Below are positions 8,446 through 15,617 of a stretch of DNA of 20,000 nt, one piece after another. The stretch lies in IMG/VR virus record IMGVR_UViG_3300042465_006264; one strand, written 5' to 3'. Each line of letters opens with the position of its first letter. Positions within the stretch are counted from its first letter, which is position 1. A program made the translations under genes and the position numbers. Under the pieces are notes generated by a model that ran no database searches, was not told the origin of the DNA, and was given only the letters and a program-made list of their open reading frames with translations. Source of the stretch: an uncultured virus (IMG/VR IMGVR_UViG_3300042465_006264). Lineage: Duplodnaviria > Heunggongvirae > Uroviricota > Caudoviricetes.

Positions 8446-9395
8446 AAATTGTTTATATAACAGGTTGTTTAGGATTTATAGGATCATATGTAACTCGTCT
8501 ATGCCTTGATAGAGGTTGGTATGTTAAAGGTGTTGATAAAATCACATATGCAGCAAATGAAGATTTATTAAAAGAATTTGAAAAGTATAAAAATTTTTCA
8601 TTTGTTAAATGTGATATAAATGATTTAAAATTTTTATATGACTGTGACTACATAATCAATACAGCAGCCGAAACACATGTTGGAAATTCTATTGCCAATA
8701 GTGATGATTTTATTAAAAGTAATATAAATGGTGTACATAATTTACTTGAGTTAATTAAAAACTATAGACAAGAAACTTCAAAAGTTCCCACACTACTTCA
8801 CTTTAGCACGGATGAAGTTTATGGCGACATAATTAACGGAGCACACATAGAAATCGATTTACTTAAACCATCAAATCCATACTCAGCAACAAAAGCAGCA
8901 GCAGACATGATGATTATGGCATGGGCAAGAACATACAATGTCCCCTATTTGATTGTGAGACCAACTAATAATTATGGAATCGGGCAATATGTTGAAAAAT
9001 TGATACCAAAAGCATGTAAGTATATACATTTAAATAGAAAAATACCAGTACACAACAACGGAACTCCTGTTAGAACTTGGTTGCATGCAGAAGATACTGC
9101 TCGCGCAGTAATTACTCTTATAGAGTCACAAGTAAGCAATGAAATTTATAATATTTCTGGTGGATTTGAACAGTCTAATATAGAAACTATTAAAAAAATA
9201 TTAACTTCTCTATTGAAAACTAACAACTACAACATTGAAAAATATATTGATTTTTCTTACTCCCGTGTAGGACAAGATTTGCGTTATTCACTTGACGATA
9301 ATAAACTTCGTTCTCTTGGTTGGAAACCCATTAAAAACTTTGACGATGAATTACCATCCATAATTGAATATTACAGTAAAAAATTTATATGGTAA
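8442..9395 (+). CDS. rfbB: dTDP-glucose 4,6-dehydratase-like (RmlB/RfbB)
   Basis: GCLGFIG, DKITYAAN, AAETHV, STDEVYG, PSNPYSATKAA, NNYG..QYVEKLIP, RTWLHAED and RVGQDLRYSLD. Confidence 0.88.
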   Translation: MKIVYITGCLGFIGSYVTRLCLDRGWYVKGVDKITYAANEDLLKEFEKYKNFSFVKCDINDLKFLYDCDYIINTAAETHVGNSIANSDDFIKSNINGVHNLLELIKNYRQETSKVPTLLHFSTDEVYGDIINGAHIEIDLLKPSNPYSATKAAADMMIMAWARTYNVPYLIVRPTNNYGIGQYVEKLIPKACKYIHLNRKIPVHNNGTPVRTWLHAEDTARAVITLIESQVSNEIYNISGGFEQSNIETIKKILTSLLKTNNYNIEKYIDFSYSRVGQDLRYSLDDNKLRSLGWKPIKNFDDELPSIIEYYSKKFIW

Positions 9396-10027
9396 ACAAA
9401 AATTTAAAAAAAAGAATACTAGAGATTGCATATGCTAATAAGTTGTCTCACTTAGGCAGTTACATGTCTAGTGTTGATATCATTGATGAGATTTACAAGA
9501 AGATGACCAAGGATGATATATTTATTCTTTCCTCTGGTCATGCAGCTGTTGCTCTGTATGTATGTTTGGAAAAATATAGGGCGCACAATGCTGATATGTT
9601 ATTCAGGAAACAAGGTGGTCACCCACATCATGACGAAGAGAATAGTGTACATTGTTCAACTGGTAGTCTTGGATTAGGAATTGCAATTGCATTAGGAAGA
9701 GCAATTGCAAATCCAAATAGAAAAGTTTATGTACTCGTTAGCGATGGTGAATGTGCAGAAGGAAGTATATGGGAATCGTTAAAGACAATATATGAGCAGA
9801 AGATCGATAATATTGAAGTCTTTGTGAATGTAAATGGTTACGCCGCATATATGGAGATTGACAAAACCTACTTGACAAATCGTTTATTGGCTTTTATGCC
9901 GAACATCAACATTAGGTACACTACTGTAGAACAAATGCCTTTTTTGAAGGGTTTAAATGCACATTATCATGTCATGTCTGATTTTGATTACCAAACTGCT
10001 ATGTCCATCTTGGAGACTTCTAATTGA
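9389..10027 (+). CDS. Split transketolase, N-terminal (TPP diphosphate-binding) subunit
   Basis: SHLGS, FILSSGHA, GHP, STGSLGLG and the TPP motif variant SDGECAEGSIWE...NVN. Confidence 0.88.
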   Translation: MVNKNLKKRILEIAYANKLSHLGSYMSSVDIIDEIYKKMTKDDIFILSSGHAAVALYVCLEKYRAHNADMLFRKQGGHPHHDEENSVHCSTGSLGLGIAIALGRAIANPNRKVYVLVSDGECAEGSIWESLKTIYEQKIDNIEVFVNVNGYAAYMEIDKTYLTNRLLAFMPNINIRYTTVEQMPFLKGLNAHYHVMSDFDYQTAMSILETSN

Positions 10028-10500
10028 GAAAACATTTTGCACATTTTTTGCACCAAGCGATGTCTGAAAACAAAGACATTTACTTTATCACAGGCGATTT
10101 GGGGTATGGTCTTTGGGATCGCATCCGCAATGACTATCCAAATAGGTTTTACAATGTTGGTTCTTCTGAGATGGCAATGATGGGAATGGGAATCGGGTTG
10201 GCGATGGATGGAAAAATTCCATTTGTTTATTCAATCACCCCATTTGCAATTTACAGACCTTTTGAGATGATTAGAAATTACTTAGATCACGAATCAATAC
10301 CTGTAATTATAGTTGGTGGTGGTAGAGACTGTGACTATGGATATCTTGGATTTTCTCACTGGGCAGAAGATGATAAAAAAATTATGCAATCATTTGAAAA
10401 TCTTAGAATTATGCACCCAGAAGATTTAAATGAATTGCAATTAAATTTTAATGAAATTATTAATACACAAAAGCCAACATATTTAAATCTTAAAAAATGA
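10024..10500 (+). CDS. Split transketolase, pyrimidine-binding subunit (lacks the C-terminal domain)
   Basis: TTG start overlapping the upstream TGA. Motifs TGDLG, RFYNVGSSEMAMMGMGIGLA, RPFEMIR, GFSHWAEDD and PTYLNL. Only 158 aa. Confidence 0.85.
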   Translation: MRKHFAHFLHQAMSENKDIYFITGDLGYGLWDRIRNDYPNRFYNVGSSEMAMMGMGIGLAMDGKIPFVYSITPFAIYRPFEMIRNYLDHESIPVIIVGGGRDCDYGYLGFSHWAEDDKKIMQSFENLRIMHPEDLNELQLNFNEIINTQKPTYLNLKK

Positions 10501-11264
10501 ATATTTTAATAACTGGTGGAAGTGGTTATATTGGTAAGAGTTTATACTCGGCATTTAAAAATAAGTATAACGTAACATCAATATCAAGAAAAAATTTTGA
10601 TCTTAAAAATTTAAAATCTTGTTTTGATTGGTTTCAAAATAAAACTTTTGATGTAGTTATACACACAGCTGCAGTAGGTGGAAGTAGATTGCAGAAAGAT
10701 GATGAATCAGTATTGATAGAAAATATTGATATATATAATAACGTTTTATCATGTAAAAAACATTTTAATAAAATGATTTATTTTGGTTCTGGTGCAGAAA
10801 TATTTCAACCAAATACCTTTTATGGAACTAGTAAAAAAATTATATCGGAGTCAATAAATAAATCCGACAATGTTTATAATTTAAGAATATTTGGTGTATT
10901 TGATGAAAATGAATTAGAAACAAGATTTATAAAATCTAATATTATTAGATATATTAAGAACGAACCAATTATTCTTCATAATAACAAACAAATGGATTTT
11001 TTTTATATGAAAGATGTAATTTTATTAGTTAAATATTATATTCAAAATAGTAATTTACCAAAAACAGTAGATTGTTCATATAAAGAAAAACATACTTTGA
11101 TGGATATAGCAAATTACATTAATACATTATCTGACTACAAAGTTCCAATAATAGTGGAAGATTCAAACAAATTTGAACATTATTGTGGTACATATCATGG
11201 ATTGCCAATAAATGAAATAGGACTTTTTGAAGGTATAAATCAAACAGCAAAGAAATTAATATGA
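10497..11264 (+). CDS. NAD-dependent epimerase/reductase (short extended-SDR, distantly GDP-fucose-synthase-like)
   Basis: GGSGYIG, FDL, VIHTAAVGG, GSGAE, YGTSK and DFFYMKD. It lies directly upstream of gmd. Confidence 0.75.
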   Translation: MNILITGGSGYIGKSLYSAFKNKYNVTSISRKNFDLKNLKSCFDWFQNKTFDVVIHTAAVGGSRLQKDDESVLIENIDIYNNVLSCKKHFNKMIYFGSGAEIFQPNTFYGTSKKIISESINKSDNVYNLRIFGVFDENELETRFIKSNIIRYIKNEPIILHNNKQMDFFYMKDVILLVKYYIQNSNLPKTVDCSYKEKHTLMDIANYINTLSDYKVPIIVEDSNKFEHYCGTYHGLPINEIGLFEGINQTAKKLI

Positions 11265-12265
11265 AAAAGAAAGCATTAATAATAGGCGCTAATGGTCAAG
11301 ATGCATCATATCTTGCAGAATTTTTGATTAATAAAAATTATGAGGTTCATGGAACTATAAGAAGAAATTCTGTTCCAGAATCACAAACAACTAGAATTCA
11401 ACATTTACATGATAAAAATTTAATTACCTTACACTATGCTGATTTAACAGATGCTCTAAGCATAGAAAGCACAATTCAAAAACTTCAACCAGATGAAGTT
11501 TATCATCTTGCTGCACAGTCTCATGTTCAAATTTCATTTGATCTACCACAATATACTCTAGATGTAAATGGAGGTGGTACTCTAGCAGTATTAGAGGCTG
11601 TACGGAGATTTTCTCCACACTCAAAAGTGTACCATGCTGCAACTTCTGAGATGTTTGGTAACTCAAAAGATTTAGACGGTTACCAGCGCGAAACAACGCC
11701 AATGATTCCAGTAAGTCCATATGGATGTGCTAAACTATACGCACACACATTGTGTAGAAACTATAGCCAAGCATATGGTATTTTTGCTTGCTCTGGAATT
11801 TTGTTTAATCACGAATCTCCAAGAAGGGGGATTAACTTTGTAACAAATAAAGTAGCATTGCAGGTTGCAAAAATTAAAATGGGGTTAGCTGATAAGTTGG
11901 TCTTGGGTAACCTCGATTCTTATCGTGATTGGGGCCACGCTAAGGACTATGTTGAAGCTATGTGGTTAATGTTGCAGCAACAAACTCCACAAAGTTATGT
12001 AATTGCCACAGGTGAAACCAGGTCTGTCAGAGAAATGGTTTCCTATGTTTTCAACTATGCAGGCTTAGATCAAAACAAATATGTTTTCAGTGATGAAAAG
12101 TATTACAGACCAGAAGAGTTACATTATTTGCGAGGTGACTCTTCAAAAGCCAGAAATGAATTGAATTGGAAACCAAAGATAACATTCAATCAAATGATGG
12201 AAGAGATGGTTGATTATTGGAGTTCAAGACTTAGTAACAAAAGAGTTGATTTGGTTGAAATCTGA
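11261..12265 (+). CDS. gmd: GDP-mannose 4,6-dehydratase
   Basis: GANGQDASYLAEFL, PDEVYHLAAQSHVQISF, TSEMFG, SPYGCAKLY, GILFNHESPRRG, LGNLDSYRDWGHAKDYV, and RPEE...GDSSKA. Confidence 0.95.
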   Translation: MKKKALIIGANGQDASYLAEFLINKNYEVHGTIRRNSVPESQTTRIQHLHDKNLITLHYADLTDALSIESTIQKLQPDEVYHLAAQSHVQISFDLPQYTLDVNGGGTLAVLEAVRRFSPHSKVYHAATSEMFGNSKDLDGYQRETTPMIPVSPYGCAKLYAHTLCRNYSQAYGIFACSGILFNHESPRRGINFVTNKVALQVAKIKMGLADKLVLGNLDSYRDWGHAKDYVEAMWLMLQQQTPQSYVIATGETRSVREMVSYVFNYAGLDQNKYVFSDEKYYRPEELHYLRGDSSKARNELNWKPKITFNQMMEEMVDYWSSRLSNKRVDLVEI

Positions 12266-12273
12266 GATATAAT
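12246..12273 (+). promoter_or_regulatory. Putative sigma70-type promoter for gp55 (leaderless geometry)
   Basis: TTGATT (12246-12251), 16-nt spacer, perfect TATAAT (12268-12273). The ATG is 6 nt downstream and there is no Shine-Dalgarno sequence. Confidence 0.6.
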
Positions 12274-12279
12274 CATATT

Positions 12280-12846
12280 ATGAAAAAGCCAAAGAAGAAA
12301 AAACTCAAACCATCGGATGCTGATTATGTAGACAATCAGCAACTGTATGATTCTTTGGTTGAATATCGAAAGAAGTGCAGGGATGCAGAAAATTCAGGAA
12401 GAAAGCAACCTAAACTTCCCGACTATATTGGTGAATGCATTTTAAAGATAGCAACCAGATTATCTTATAGACCAAACTTTGCCAACTATCCATATAGGGA
12501 AGAAATGGTATCGGATGCTGTATTAAACTGCGTAACTTATATTGATAACTTTGATCCAAAAAAATCAACCAGCCCATTTGGTTATCTAACCCAAATATGC
12601 TGGTTTTCTTTTGTGCGTATCATAAACAAAGAAAAGAAAGAAAAGTATATTCAATATAAATTTGCAGAACAGCAGAACGATAAAGACTTCCATAACTGGT
12701 TTAATGAAACTTATGCTGGTGTTGACATTGGAAGAAGAGACTTCTTTGGTCTTACAGATTTGGATATGGAAAGATTTGACGAGATGTGTGCTCCCAAGAA
12801 AAAGAAAAGAAAAAAGAGAAAAACCAAATCTCCATTTGATGTATGA
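12280..12846 (+). CDS. gp55: T4-like late-transcription sigma factor gp55
   Basis: YVDNQQL, YIGECILKIATRLSYRPNFANYPYREEMVSDA, NFDPKKS.SPFGYLTQI...F.R.I.KEKK. Adjacent to gp47 and gp46 as in T4-like phages. Confidence 0.92.
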   Translation: MKKPKKKKLKPSDADYVDNQQLYDSLVEYRKKCRDAENSGRKQPKLPDYIGECILKIATRLSYRPNFANYPYREEMVSDAVLNCVTYIDNFDPKKSTSPFGYLTQICWFSFVRIINKEKKEKYIQYKFAEQQNDKDFHNWFNETYAGVDIGRRDFFGLTDLDMERFDEMCAPKKKKRKKRKTKSPFDV

Positions 12847-13889
12847 AAGCAGTAATTCTTAACGATACACATTTTGGATACAAAAATGATTCATGCATTG
12901 TAATGGATTATTTTTTATCATTCTTTAAAGATCAATTGTTTCCTTATCTTAAGGAACACAATATTAAAACAATTTTTCATTTGGGTGATCTCTTTGATCG
13001 AAGAAAATATGTTAACTTTAAAACGCTTCATAGAGTTCATAAAGAATTTTTTGAGCCACTACAGGAAATGGGTATTAAAGTCCACATCATCTGTGGAAAC
13101 CACGATATCTATTATCGTAATACCAATGCCATTAATTCCTTGCAGGAACTCGCTGGACATTATCCGAATTGGTCAGTATATTCAGAACCCACCGAGATTC
13201 ATCTTTCCAGCGGTTGTGTCGCGTTACTCCCGTGGATAAACCCAGAGAACGAAGAAGCAGCAGCCAAGTTTCTTTCTGAGACATCTTGCACAGTTTTATT
13301 GGGTCATTTGGAATTGTGTGGTTTCCAAAGCATTCGTGGTGTTTTTATTGATCAAGGATATGAAGCAAAACACTTTGATAAGTTTGAGTATGTCCTAACA
13401 GGACATTACCACATTAAGTCCAGTAGAGACAGTATTCATTATTTGGGAACCCAATATCAAATGAGTTTTTCTGATGTGTGGGAGAAAAAGGGATTCCATG
13501 TATTTGATTTTCAAGAGAGAACTCTAGAGTTTGTAGAGAATCCTAAAAAACTATTTTATACTTTGGATTATGACGAAGATAAGAAAGAAATATTAGACTA
13601 TATTTCTTACAAAGATTGCTATGTAAAGATCTTTATTAAAAAGAAAACCAAACAAGCAATGTTTGAAAAATATCTTGATAAATTTTACGAAGCGGGTGTT
13701 GCGGAATTGGCCGTAGCAGAAGAAGTGTCTACCAATCCAGAGACTATTGCTGTGGATATTCATAAAGATACTTTACAACTGCTGCACGAAGAAATCAATA
13801 CAATCACAGAAAAGTCCATTGACAAAAAGCAACTTGCAGACATTGTAAACACAGCGTATAATAGTGCACTGTCCAAGGAAGAAGAATGA
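12843..13889 (+). CDS. gp47: T4-like recombination nuclease subunit gp47 (Mre11/SbcD-like metallophosphoesterase)
   Basis: DTHFG, HLGDLFDRRKYVNF, GNHD, LPWI, GHLE and GHYH phosphoesterase motifs. Confidence 0.93.
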   Translation: MKAVILNDTHFGYKNDSCIVMDYFLSFFKDQLFPYLKEHNIKTIFHLGDLFDRRKYVNFKTLHRVHKEFFEPLQEMGIKVHIICGNHDIYYRNTNAINSLQELAGHYPNWSVYSEPTEIHLSSGCVALLPWINPENEEAAAKFLSETSCTVLLGHLELCGFQSIRGVFIDQGYEAKHFDKFEYVLTGHYHIKSSRDSIHYLGTQYQMSFSDVWEKKGFHVFDFQERTLEFVENPKKLFYTLDYDEDKKEILDYISYKDCYVKIFIKKKTKQAMFEKYLDKFYEAGVAELAVAEEVSTNPETIAVDIHKDTLQLLHEEINTITEKSIDKKQLADIVNTAYNSALSKEEE

Positions 13890-15607
13890 TTGAGTTTCAG
13901 TGTGTTCGATTTAAAAATTTTGGATCATTCGGAAATAATTTTTCTGAAATAACACTCAATAACAATAAGACCACACTCGTAACCGGCACGAATGGTCATG
14001 GCAAATCATTTGCTTTGCTTGATTCACTGTGCTTTGGTTTGTTTGGAAAACCATTCAGATCAATCAATCTTCCACAACTTGTAAACTCGGTTAATGGAAA
14101 GAACTGTGTTGTTGAAGTTGAATTTGTAAGATCAAATTCAAAGTATCTAGTTCGTCGTACTTTGGCACCCAAGACCTTTGAGATTTACAAAGATGGAGAA
14201 ATGCTTGACCAACATGCTAAAGCCAAAGACTCACAAGATTACTTTGAAGAACAGATACTTGGATTTAACTTTGAAGCCTTTAAACAAGTTGTAATTCTTG
14301 GCAAGTCAAACTTTGTGCCATTTATGCAACTTTCTCCAGCAGAGCGAAGAAAGATTATTGAAGGTCTACTTGACCTTGATATCTTGGCAGACATGAATAT
14401 ACATGTCAAGAGTGAACTTCTTCGTATTAAAGGAAACATTAAAGAGCAAGAAAGTTTTCTTAAAATTGGACATGAAAAAGTCAAGTCTTTAAATGAACTC
14501 AAAACTCAAATAGATAATAATAAAAATTTAGAGCTTGCTGAGTACGAAGAACAATTACAAAAAATTAAAGATTCTATTGTTTCTGAAGAGTCTTTTATTA
14601 GAAAAATTGTAAAAGAAATTAGTGAGATTGAATCTTTAAAGAAGCAGGAAGCCTCTAAAATGGCTTCCTTGGCCAGCGTTCCAACAATGCACTCCAAGGC
14701 ATTGGAACTGCAAGAGACGCTTATAGAGCAAATAAAGACCTTGGAGACAGATCCAAAGTGCACTTGCTGCGGTCAAACACTACCGGAAGATTCTCGACAG
14801 AAGCACTTGGAGGAAAAAAGAGAAAAATTAGCAAGTTGTAAGAAATCTTTACAAGTTGCAGATAAAAAATTGAAAGAACTTGAAATTTTAAAAACTCAAG
14901 TTGAAGATTTAAATAATCAGATAATGGAAAAAACGGTTATGCAGGCTCAAGCCGTAACCCGTAAAAATGGGTTCAATAACGAAGTTTTATCCTTAAATCA
15001 AAAAATTGCAAAAATAAAGAAAACTTCAAGTGAATCTGAAATCAATACTAAGATCGAAGAGGCAGTTGCAGAAAAGAATAAACATGCATCAGATCTACAA
15101 AAATCAATTAATGACCAAATTCACTACGATGTTGTCTATGATATGCTCAAAGATGGTGGACTTAAGAGCCGGATTATCAAACATTATGTTCCCATCATCA
15201 ATGGACTCGTCAACAAGTTTCTCGGAAAACTTAACCTCTATGTTGACTTCAACATCGATGAGGAGTTCAAGGAAACAATTAAGTCAAGATATAGAGATGC
15301 ATTCTCATATTCCTCTTTCTCTGAGGGAGAGAAACAGCGTATCGATTTGGCCATTCTCTTGACATGGAGAGAGATTGCCAAAATGAAGAACAGTTTGAAC
15401 TGCAATCTTCTCATCTTTGATGAGATATTGGATTCATCTTTGGACGGAGCTGGTACTGAGGCTTTCTTGAAGTTATTGAACAAAATGAAGAATAAATGTT
15501 CAATTTACATAATTAGCCATAAAGCAGATGCTTTGACTGATAAATTTGATCAACAACTACAATTTGAGAAGAAAAATAACTTTTCCCGGATCAAGTCACA
15601 AGTATAA
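13886..15607 (+). CDS. gp46: T4-like recombination ATPase subunit gp46 (Rad50/SbcC-like)
   Basis: KNFGSFGN, Walker A GTNGHGKS, LFGKPFR, FKQVVILG, a coiled coil with zinc hook CTCC, signature FSEGEKQRIDLA, Walker B LIFDEILDSSLD and IISH. Confidence 0.95.
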   Translation: MIEFQCVRFKNFGSFGNNFSEITLNNNKTTLVTGTNGHGKSFALLDSLCFGLFGKPFRSINLPQLVNSVNGKNCVVEVEFVRSNSKYLVRRTLAPKTFEIYKDGEMLDQHAKAKDSQDYFEEQILGFNFEAFKQVVILGKSNFVPFMQLSPAERRKIIEGLLDLDILADMNIHVKSELLRIKGNIKEQESFLKIGHEKVKSLNELKTQIDNNKNLELAEYEEQLQKIKDSIVSEESFIRKIVKEISEIESLKKQEASKMASLASVPTMHSKALELQETLIEQIKTLETDPKCTCCGQTLPEDSRQKHLEEKREKLASCKKSLQVADKKLKELEILKTQVEDLNNQIMEKTVMQAQAVTRKNGFNNEVLSLNQKIAKIKKTSSESEINTKIEEAVAEKNKHASDLQKSINDQIHYDVVYDMLKDGGLKSRIIKHYVPIINGLVNKFLGKLNLYVDFNIDEEFKETIKSRYRDAFSYSSFSEGEKQRIDLAILLTWREIAKMKNSLNCNLLIFDEILDSSLDGAGTEAFLKLLNKMKNKCSIYIISHKADALTDKFDQQLQFEKKNNFSRIKSQV

Positions 15608-15610
15608 ATA
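15603..15610 (+). promoter_or_regulatory. T4-type (gp55-dependent) late promoter TATAAATA
   Basis: Exact T4 late consensus overlapping the gp46 stop codon (TAA 15605-15607), 7 nt before the fibre gene ATG. It is the only exact copy I found on the + strand by eye. Confidence 0.75.
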
Positions 15611-15617
15611 TTTGTGA

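Noticed and set aside
1..12265. Bacterial chromosomal O-antigen/capsule locus or giant-virus (NCLDV) region
   Set aside because: The cluster is contiguous with T4-type gp55/gp47/gp46 and a T4 late promoter, has prokaryotic overlapping-gene packing, and lacks wzx, wzy and wzm/wzt in view.
1..12265. Sugar cluster as a DNA hypermodification system
   Set aside because: No hydroxymethylase, thymidylate-synthase-like, TET/JBP or recognisable DNA glycosyltransferase gene is in the window, and the GT families seen act on glycans. It cannot be fully excluded without the rest of the genome.
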